From Mizuhopecten yessoensis (Eukaryota): a DNA stretch of 64,000 nt. Location of the stretch: contig NW_018480062.1 in NCBI RefSeq assembly GCF_002113885.1, forward strand, positions 336,470-400,469, written 5' to 3'. Below are positions 14,617 through 22,427 of the stretch, piece by piece. How positions within the stretch are numbered: the first letter of the stretch is position 1; each line of letters starts with the position of its first letter. The position numbers and the translations under genes were made by a program. Under the pieces are notes generated by a model that was not told the DNA's origin, searched no databases, and saw only the letters and a program-made list of their open reading frames with translations.

Positions 14617-14686
14617 CTTACATTGAACGAGTAAGACTGAGGACTCGGCGGACTTTGTCCGAGAAAACCCTCTTCACATTGAAGAG

Positions 14687-14880
14687 GTGGGTATTTTAAT
14701 ATATTTGTAATTATGCTGTATTTCTATATAATATATAGATTGAATGTAACAGTTGTAATACGTATTCCATTATTGTAACTTATGTAACTGGCTACGGCCA
14801 GGTAGTTGTTTGACATGTCTTAGCTTATGTGATTGTATAAATGTTATATGTGTAGTAATATGATGTATTTCATGTTACAG
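14687..14880 (+). other. Spliceosomal intron 2 within the 5' LTR (194 bp)
   Basis: GAG|GTGGGT ... TATTTCATGTTACAG|GGT; the 3' LTR reads GAAGAG|GGTTTT at 22889/22890. Confidence 0.93.
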
Positions 14881-14895
14881 GGTTTTTACTTACGT

Positions 14896-14901
14896 AATAA
14901 A
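14896..14901 (+). promoter_or_regulatory. LTR polyadenylation signal AATAAA (3' LTR copy at 22905-22910)
   Basis: AATAAA ~60 nt before the LTR end, downstream of both introns. Confidence 0.65.
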
Positions 14902-14961
14902 TTAACTGAGAAAAGAACCCAGGAGTTGTCGTATATCCACGATAAAAGACGACTATTACAT

Positions 14962-14973
14962 TGGCGCCCACGT
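14962..14973 (+). promoter_or_regulatory. Primer binding site, probably tRNA-Lys-like
   Basis: TGGCGCCCA(CGT) 1 nt after the 5' LTR; resembles the tRNA-Lys PBS TGGCGCCCAACGTGGGGC over the first 9 nt. Confidence 0.75.
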
Positions 14974-15453
14974 ATCGTTGATGGCCTAGTGTACCCGCCG
15001 ACACGCTTGACGGGATGGATATCTACCGACCGTAAATGTAGACCGGACTGGAAAATTCACCTGAGTGACCTATTCCACCTGATGACGGGATGGATTTCGT
15101 CTGTATGTGAATGCAGGATGTATACCAGAGAGGCACGCACGTACGCTCGAACGACCTTCGGACGACCTTGATCAACGAGTGTTTTGTGTATCACGCGACT
15201 GCAATGTGCGCAGTTGATTCTATATGTTATTGGACCCGGAGAAGAACTGGACCTGTGCTGACCGTACACGGTAAATGACAATTGTGTACCATTGACTTTC
15301 CACCCATTTTACTATATATCTTGTATTTTCTTTCGTGAAACATGAACTCTTAATGGTGAAACTTGATTTATCTTATTCATTTCATAATTGTTCTGATATT
15401 TTTTTGTGTGTGTATATTTGTCTAATAACTTCGTTCGGTATTATCTTTTGTAC

Positions 15454-15651
15454 TTCCGGTATTTTTCTTTGCATTTCCGGTAAATATTGTGAACTTCCGG
15501 TATTTTATTTTGTACTTCCGGTATTTTCTTTGTATTTCCGGTAAATATTGTGAACTTCCGGTAAACCATGGTACTTCCGGTATAACTTTAACTTCTGGTC
15601 GAATTTAACTTTCTGTATTTTCGTACTTCCGGTACGCTGTCAATTTCCGGT
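15454..15651. promoter_or_regulatory. Array of nine TTCCGGT (ACCGGAA, ETS-type) motifs, mostly ~20 bp apart, in the retrotransposon 5' UTR
   Basis: Copies at 15454, 15475, 15495, 15516, 15536, 15556, 15575, 15627, 15645; variant TTCTGGT at 15593. Confidence 0.6.
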
Positions 15652-16500
15652 GACATTTTTGAAAAAAATCCAGTATTATTTAATATCTGTTATCAGCAAA
15701 CATTTATATTTGTATTGAGTTATTGTAGTAGAAAGTAATTGAATTATTTAATTGTATTTTTCAGTTATTCATTTTTTTTGTTCGCTTCAATATATTTCTA
15801 GTTTGAATTGAATTTTGATTTCACTCATGATTTATTGAAATGCTTTGATTGAATTTATTTTTTTCCCTTCTCTTCAACTTTGATTATCTTGATTGTTTTC
15901 ATATTGAGCTTTCATTTTTGATTTTGTTTAGTACAAATTGACGTTTCTTGGATTTTTCAAAATGTTTTTGTGAATACAAATTGTGTATTTTTTTTTTTTG
16001 TTCTCGTGTCTTTAAATTAATTTATACGTGGTTGTCGGAAATATACTTTGCTTCAGAGGAGTCACTTGTTATTAATTTGACTTCGTGGTGTTTTTTTTGG
16101 AATTTATTTCTTTTGAAATTGGCTGGGGTTTTTTTTACTTAATTTTGGCTTAAGTTGTCTTATAGTGTTAAATTTCTGTTGTCATTGATAATTGATAAAT
16201 TTACTTAGATTTTTGTTTTCATTTTTTCTTCTGTTTCGAAAGTTAACATGTAGGATTACTTAAGTAATTTTTTTTTCAAGTGGAATAGTTATTTTGTGGG
16301 TACATGCTTGGTCGCAGTTGATGTTGTTCTTTGTTACACGTGCTATGTGGATCTTTCTGTATTTATGTTGAATGGATGATGGTGCGTTAGATGCTATTTA
16401 TCGCTAATCGGATTGATTTTTTCGTTGACTTATTCGCGTGTATTTTGGCTGAACGCGACCGAATATCATTCTTCTTAGGATTTACATAGTTCTATTTCAG

Positions 16501-16686
16501 GTAAGTCATTTAATTCATTGACGGTAGATGTGGCAGAGTTGGCTGGTTTTATTTGATTTATAAGTGTGTATATCTATGAGAACGAGAGTAAAATACTTGT
16601 TCTGTGTTTGGTGAGAACACATAGATGAACTTTGTTGGTTTGCTTGAATATTTTATTTGTGTTTTGTTGTGTTTATTGTGATACAG
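16501..16686 (+). other. Putative 5' UTR intron ending 8 nt before the gag ATG (186 bp)
   Basis: Consensus donor CAG|GTAAGT; U-rich tract then GATACAG|GTTTCGCGATGG; size similar to the LTR introns; no spliced copy in the window. Confidence 0.6.
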
Positions 16687-16694
16687 GTTTCGCG

Positions 16695-17858
16695 ATGGCC
16701 GATTCTGAAGAAAAACTATCGCAGGCGGAAGCGATACTTCCACAAGAGGAAGCGGACTCTGTAGAGCATGTGTCTAAGTTGTTTTCTCAAATGGGTGCTA
16801 GACCTAAAGGTGATAGTTTAGTTAAGTTAAGGAGTCAGATGATGGATTTCCTTAATTCAACAGGAGGATTGGACACTGCTAATCCGTCGATGGCTGGACA
16901 AGGGGTAAGTGGAAATGTTGTTTCTCAGGGTATTGGTTCTACCACAGGCACTCTGGACACGAGATTCTACAAGTTACCGTTATTTTCTGGAGATCAAGGA
17001 AAGGGTGAGGCTACTTTCGATTTATGGAAATACGAAGTGCAATGTCTGATTGACACAGGTAAGTCACAGGATGTCATTGGGCAGTCTATCCGAAGATCTC
17101 TGAAGGGAACTGCAGCCAGAGTAGCCATGCGGTTAGGAGCTAATGCGACACCCGCACAGTTGATCGCCAAACTTAGAAGTCTGTATGGTATAGTAGATGA
17201 CCAGGAGACTCTGTTGGAGAATTTCTATGCCGCACATCAGCAACCCAAGGAAAATGTGACTGAGTGGGCTTGTAGACTGGAAGACTTGTTGCTTAGAGCC
17301 GATTCTGGTATAGGACCTGCGGAACGCAATAAGCGGTTGCACAACAAGTTTTGGTCTGGTCTGAGGCAAGACTTAAGAGATGTTACTGGCCACAAGCATG
17401 ACTCCATTGCTGATTATGAAGAACTATGCATAGCAGTAAGATCTATAGAAAGGACAAGAGACAACGAGAAACCATCGAAGGCGACTGTTACTGTCAACTC
17501 AGCTGTTGAAGGGGAGGAGAAGGAGGATTTGAGGTCTGTGGTCAACCAATTGTCTGCTGCTATTCAGAGGTTAGAGAAGCAGATATCCGATGGTGGGACA
17601 ACCTCGTGGAAGAACAACAGAGATCACAGGAACAGGAATAGAGGAAACTCTAACAACTACGGAGGAGGGTCTGTTTACCACTCTAAGCCGTCGCAAGAGA
17701 AGACTGACCAGGATGACGCGTCTTGGGACAGGAAACCTGATATTATATGCTGGAGGTGCAGACAGCCGGGACATATCAGAGCGCGATGCAGGGTAAATAT
17801 GGATCACTCGCGCAGTTCGGTAAAAGGGAAGGAGTCTATGAAGACGGACCACTCATAG
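16695..17858 (+). CDS. gag: Gag (PNMA-like capsid, CCHC zinc knuckle), 387 aa
   Basis: FSGD...FDLWKYEV...IRRSLKGTAA...LRSLYG...QQPKENVTEWACRLEDLL capsid motifs; CWRCRQPGHIRARC knuckle; first ATG in good context (GCGATGG). Confidence 0.93.
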   Translation: MADSEEKLSQAEAILPQEEADSVEHVSKLFSQMGARPKGDSLVKLRSQMMDFLNSTGGLDTANPSMAGQGVSGNVVSQGIGSTTGTLDTRFYKLPLFSGDQGKGEATFDLWKYEVQCLIDTGKSQDVIGQSIRRSLKGTAARVAMRLGANATPAQLIAKLRSLYGIVDDQETLLENFYAAHQQPKENVTEWACRLEDLLLRADSGIGPAERNKRLHNKFWSGLRQDLRDVTGHKHDSIADYEELCIAVRSIERTRDNEKPSKATVTVNSAVEGEEKEDLRSVVNQLSAAIQRLEKQISDGGTTSWKNNRDHRNRNRGNSNNYGGGSVYHSKPSQEKTDQDDASWDRKPDIICWRCRQPGHIRARCRVNMDHSRSSVKGKESMKTDHS

Positions 17859-20800
17859 ATTTCCGAATTCAAGGTCCGAACAAGAGTACTAAGGCTACTA
17901 GGACAGGAACACAAATGGTTGGCAATGCTAATGAAGTTGATGTCAACGTAGAAGGTAAGGGGACCAGGGCGTTACTTGATACAGGTGCGACCGTGTCTAC
18001 GGTTAGCCAACATTTTTATGAATGTCATCTGAGTCATTTGGACCTGCAGCCACTGGATGAAATTCTTTCTATAGAATGTGCTGATGGTCAACAGTTACCT
18101 TACTCCGGATTTATCGAAGCGGGAGTCAGTTTTGAAGGACTATTTGGAAGAGATGAGCAGAGGTGTCTTTTGCTGGTAGTCCCCAACAGCAACTATAACT
18201 CCAAGGTACCAGTGTTGTTTGGAACCAACGTTCTGTCGGTATTGTTGGAAGGGTGTCGAAGCAGGAATGGACCGAAGTTCTTGCAGAAGGGATTGGATAC
18301 TCCATGGTTTTTAGCATTTCGCTGTATGACATTGAGGGATCGGGATTTGGTGAGAAATCGCAACAGCATTGGCCTCGTCAAGAATGCAGGAAACATGGAT
18401 TGCGTCCTTAGACCGAACTCTACTATCACCCTGAAGGGATATGTAGACCAGCGGAGCGCCTATCCAACTACCTGTGCTATCATGCAGCCCACGGAACGAT
18501 CCAAGCTGTCCAAAGATATTGATGTTACACCTACAGTGTTTTCATATGACTGCGACAGTACACATCCATTGGACGTTCAACTATCCAATCTGACAACACA
18601 TACGTTTATCATTCCTCCCAAGGCAATTTTATGTGAGATACAGCCAGTGATTGTCCAGGAACTTCCTACTGTTGATGGAGAGGTGGGAATACCGAAGTCA
18701 TTTATGGATAAGATAGACTTTACCAATTCAGCTGTTACGGAGGAGGAACTACAGCTAGGAACGAAACTCATAAAGGGATACGAGGATATATTTTCACACG
18801 GAGATACTGACCTCGGGTGTACTAATCTCGTGAAACATCGAATCGATTTGACGGATCCAGTTGCTTTTAAACAACGCCATAGGAGGATACCACCTTCTAT
18901 GTATGACGAAGTGAAGACTCATCTTCAGCAACTTTTGTCTGCGGGAGTCATCAAACCATCATACAGTCCCTGGTCATCGAACATTGTTCTGGTGAGGAAG
19001 AAAGATGGATCATTGAGGATGTGTGTGGATTTCCGACAGCTAAATCAACGCACCATTCGGGATGCATACGCGTTACCACGAGTAGAGGACATCCTGGATT
19101 GTTTAGCTGGATCACACTACTTTACTGTGCTGGATTTAAAGTCGGGTTATCATCAGGTTGAGCTAGAGGAAGAACATAAGGAGCGAACTGCATTTACCGT
19201 CGGCCCACTGGGGTTTTATGAGTTCACGAGGATGCCTTTTGGACTTACGAACGCTCCTGCGACATTTCAGCGCCTGATGGAGAGATGCATGGGAGACCTA
19301 CACTTAGCTATCTGCCTGATATATCTTGATGATTTAATCATCTTTTCGCGAACGTATGAGGAGCATCTGGAACGACTAGGAAAGGTTTTTCAGAGACTCA
19401 GAGACAACGGTTTGAAGCTTGCGCCTAAGAAATGCCAGTTCTTTATGAACAGAGTTGCCTATGTTGGACACATCGTCACACCGGAAGGCATTGAGGCAGA
19501 TCCCAAGAAGATTGAGAAGGTACGAGACTGGCCGACACCGTCTAATCCTGAAGAACTACGTCAATTCCTAGGTTTTGCTGGTTACTACAGGAAGTTTGTA
19601 AAGGATTTTTCAAAGATTGCGAGACCTTTAACTGACCTGTTACCACCGACCAGAGTAAAGAAGAACAAAGGAAGGGCAAAGACTAAGATAAATGGCGTTA
19701 AGTGGACATGGGCATCGGAGCATGATACAGCGTTCAACGGCCTGAAGGAAGCGTTATGCAATCCTCCTGTGCTTGGATATGCTAACTACAGTCAGCCGTT
19801 TGAGCTTCACACCGATGCAAGTACCTTAGGACTAGGAGCCGTTCTATATCAAGAGCAAGATGGACAGTTACGACCTATTTGCTACGCCAGTCGAGGATTG
19901 AGCAAGTCGGAGAGGAATTACCCGGCTCATAAACTGGAATTCCTGGCGTTAAAATGGGCAGTTACCGAAAAGTTCCATGACCATCTATATGGACAGACGT
20001 TCACCGTTTTAACGGACAACAACCCGCTGACCTACGTTTTGTCGAAAGCAAAGCTTGACGCGACGGGGCATAGGTGGTTGTCCGCTCTAGCGGCATACAA
20101 CTTCGATATTAAGTATCGACCAGGACGGAACAACGCGGACGCAGACGCTTTGTCACGGCTTCCGGGATGTAACATATCATCAGAATCTGTCCAAGCCGTC
20201 TGTAAAGGAGCAACGTTTTGTAAAGGTTCATTGGTGGAAAGCTTGAGCCTATCAACAGAGGTATTGGATATGCTTGACGTTGATGACGAACATGGTTTCC
20301 AAACCATGACACCCCACCAGTGGCGAACTCTTCAGACGGAGGACGATGTTATAGGGGAATGGCTACCCATCATTAGGAGGAATCTGAAGCCAACACGGAA
20401 GAGGTTTTCAGCTATACCAGAAAACGCAACCCTTAACAGATGCTGGGATAGCTGGAAACTGAAACGTGGTGTGCTATATAGACGGGTATCTGATGGTGAG
20501 ACCGATGTGGACCAACTTGTACTTCCGGTTGCCATGCGAGAGAAGGTCCTGACGTCATTACACAATGACATTGGCCATCCTGGAAGGGATAGGACGTTAT
20601 CTCTGCTGAGAGATAGATTCTTTTGGCCTGGTATGACCAAAGATGTGGAAACGTGGTTGAAGGAATGCCAGAGATGTCTACTCAGGAAATCGTCGACTAG
20701 CATTAGGGCTCCGTTAGTCAACATTGTTACCACCCAACCTATGGAGTTGGTATGCATGGACTTCTTGAAACTAGAGGCGTCTAAAGGGGGGTTTCAAGAT

Positions 20801-22132
20801 GTTTTAGTAATCACCGACCATTTTACGAGGTATGCCAAAGCCATTCCAACTCGGAGTCAGTCGGCTAAAGCAACAGCGGAGGCTTTGCAGGGATTTATTG
20901 AACATTACGGAATTCCGCGGAGATTACATTCCGACCAAGGAGCTAACTTCGAGGGGAAAGTAATAGAAAGTTTGTGCGAAACATTTCATATTACTAAATC
21001 GAGAACGACACCATACCATCCTAGCGGAAATGGAATGTGCGAACGTTTCAACAGAACCCTGATCGACATGTTAGGCACATTGGAACCGCATCAAAAGAAA
21101 GACTGGAAGAGCTTTGTGGGTTCGCTCACATATGCGTACAACTGTACACGGCATAAGACAACGGGTTATTCGCCATTTCAGCTGATGTTTGGACGACAGC
21201 CACGATTGCCCGTTGATCTATTGTGTGGAGTAAACGAGGAAATTACCCCAACTAGCATGCCGGATTATGTCAAAAACATGAGGAACCGGATGTCACATTC
21301 GTTCAGCTTAGCGAGTAAGAAGGCTCGGGAATCGCAGAGTCGTCAGAAGGCAGGCTACGATCTACGTAGTAGAGAAGCCGTTTTGGAACCGGGTGACCGC
21401 GTTCTTGTTAAGGTACTTGCCTTTGAGGGACGTCACAAGCTAGCGGATCGCTGGGAGCCTGACGTATACATCGTACAGAGTCAACCCAACATTGACATTC
21501 CGGTATACACCATACTTCGAGAGAGTGGTGAAGGAAAGAGTAGAACTCTTCACAGAAACCATCTACTTCCAATTGGAACTATACCGGTGGAAGTGGATAC
21601 GGTACCCATTGCACATCCACCTCGGCCGGTACCTCGTGTTAGGAGGTCGAGGATGGATAGTGGTCCGCATCATCGGAAGTCTGTGGCTGAGCCTGTTGTA
21701 TCACCGCCTGTAAGTGACAGCAACGAGAGCTCGGATGAGGAATTTGTGGGTATGAACGTTCCTACTAACGTTCAACGGCCTCCCACACAGGACAAGGTGC
21801 AGCCGAGCAAGGACATGACACCCGTACCTGGACCTCAGATCGACTTCAGTGATGAGGAGACATCGGAATCGGAACCGGAGGATGAACCTGCAGCTGCAGT
21901 ACAGGGGAATACTACTTCGCCTGATCCGGAGATTCCAATACCCCGACGATCGACAAGGAACAAACGACCGCCTAATTGGATGACATCAGGCGAGTTTGTT
22001 TGTTCACAACAACCTGCTGGAGCGGAATGGAAGATGAAAGCCATGTTTCTGATGGACATAACATCTACAGCATCCTTCGGAGATATGCCAGCATCAGCCC
22101 AACAGGCATTGTTAAATATTTTAACTGGTTGA
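17747..22132 (+). CDS. pol: Pol polyprotein (protease, RT, RNase H, integrase), probably made as Gag-Pol by frameshift near 17819-17825
   Basis: LLDTGA protease; RMCVDFR, RMPFGL, YLDD RT; HTDAS, TDNNPL RNase H; H-H-C-C zinc finger with CMDF, HSDQG, NGMCER integrase; 1461 codons without a stop. Confidence 0.97.
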   Translation: MLEVQTAGTYQSAMQGKYGSLAQFGKREGVYEDGPLIDFRIQGPNKSTKATRTGTQMVGNANEVDVNVEGKGTRALLDTGATVSTVSQHFYECHLSHLDLQPLDEILSIECADGQQLPYSGFIEAGVSFEGLFGRDEQRCLLLVVPNSNYNSKVPVLFGTNVLSVLLEGCRSRNGPKFLQKGLDTPWFLAFRCMTLRDRDLVRNRNSIGLVKNAGNMDCVLRPNSTITLKGYVDQRSAYPTTCAIMQPTERSKLSKDIDVTPTVFSYDCDSTHPLDVQLSNLTTHTFIIPPKAILCEIQPVIVQELPTVDGEVGIPKSFMDKIDFTNSAVTEEELQLGTKLIKGYEDIFSHGDTDLGCTNLVKHRIDLTDPVAFKQRHRRIPPSMYDEVKTHLQQLLSAGVIKPSYSPWSSNIVLVRKKDGSLRMCVDFRQLNQRTIRDAYALPRVEDILDCLAGSHYFTVLDLKSGYHQVELEEEHKERTAFTVGPLGFYEFTRMPFGLTNAPATFQRLMERCMGDLHLAICLIYLDDLIIFSRTYEEHLERLGKVFQRLRDNGLKLAPKKCQFFMNRVAYVGHIVTPEGIEADPKKIEKVRDWPTPSNPEELRQFLGFAGYYRKFVKDFSKIARPLTDLLPPTRVKKNKGRAKTKINGVKWTWASEHDTAFNGLKEALCNPPVLGYANYSQPFELHTDASTLGLGAVLYQEQDGQLRPICYASRGLSKSERNYPAHKLEFLALKWAVTEKFHDHLYGQTFTVLTDNNPLTYVLSKAKLDATGHRWLSALAAYNFDIKYRPGRNNADADALSRLPGCNISSESVQAVCKGATFCKGSLVESLSLSTEVLDMLDVDDEHGFQTMTPHQWRTLQTEDDVIGEWLPIIRRNLKPTRKRFSAIPENATLNRCWDSWKLKRGVLYRRVSDGETDVDQLVLPVAMREKVLTSLHNDIGHPGRDRTLSLLRDRFFWPGMTKDVETWLKECQRCLLRKSSTSIRAPLVNIVTTQPMELVCMDFLKLEASKGGFQDVLVITDHFTRYAKAIPTRSQSAKATAEALQGFIEHYGIPRRLHSDQGANFEGKVIESLCETFHITKSRTTPYHPSGNGMCERFNRTLIDMLGTLEPHQKKDWKSFVGSLTYAYNCTRHKTTGYSPFQLMFGRQPRLPVDLLCGVNEEITPTSMPDYVKNMRNRMSHSFSLASKKARESQSRQKAGYDLRSREAVLEPGDRVLVKVLAFEGRHKLADRWEPDVYIVQSQPNIDIPVYTILRESGEGKSRTLHRNHLLPIGTIPVEVDTVPIAHPPRPVPRVRRSRMDSGPHHRKSVAEPVVSPPVSDSNESSDEEFVGMNVPTNVQRPPTQDKVQPSKDMTPVPGPQIDFSDEETSESEPEDEPAAAVQGNTTSPDPEIPIPRRSTRNKRPPNWMTSGEFVCSQQPAGAEWKMKAMFLMDITSTASFGDMPASAQQALLNILTG
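17819..17878 (+). promoter_or_regulatory. -1 programmed ribosomal frameshift signal: G_GUA_AAA, 5-nt spacer, H-type pseudoknot
   Basis: pol is in the -1 frame; stem 1 17831-17841 / 17853-17863 (11 bp, 2 G-U); loop CGGACC (17845-17850) pairs with GGTCCG (17873-17878). Confidence 0.75.
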
Positions 22133-22414
22133 GTATGTGTGCCATTTTACGTAACGTTATTTGAACGTTAATATGCATTTGTATATGTAGTATGTATGTG
22201 TAAATGGAAACCCCATGGAAGATGAGGACATCTTTCATTTAAGCGGGGGAATACCTGATGAATTGGGGAGTTAATATATATTTTTTTGTTTTTTCCTCAG
22301 TTGCAGATTTTATATTTGAATTGTGTGTAAATATTTTGCATGGACTTTTGTTATATTGTTTTATGTTTTATTTACATTATTTCCTGATCATGTAGATGAG
22401 GACATCTTCCATCT

Positions 22415-22427
22415 AAGGAGGGGAGAA
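22415..22427 (+). promoter_or_regulatory. Polypurine tract
   Basis: AAGGAGGGGAGAA directly before the 3' LTR TG. Confidence 0.9.

Larger units (their letters stand above)
14026..14960 (+). repeat. 5' LTR (935 bp): segments 14026-14417, 14617-14686 and 14881-14960 plus two introns
   Basis: The joined segments total 542 bp and match the 3' LTR with 5 substitutions and no other indels. Confidence 0.96.

Noticed and set aside
14833-15171. 112-aa ORF across the LTR/PBS boundary
   Set aside because: No recognisable domain; it begins inside intron 2; likely chance.
16632-16694. Hydrophobic N-terminal extension of Gag in the ORF track (MLVCLNILFVFCC...)
   Set aside because: It starts at a non-ATG codon and is the translated U-rich acceptor tract; the ATG at 16695 is the plausible start.
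17133-22059. Antisense ORFs within gag-pol, and the other short ORFs in the track
   Set aside because: Shadow frames or random AT-rich ORFs without domains; no env-like ORF is present.
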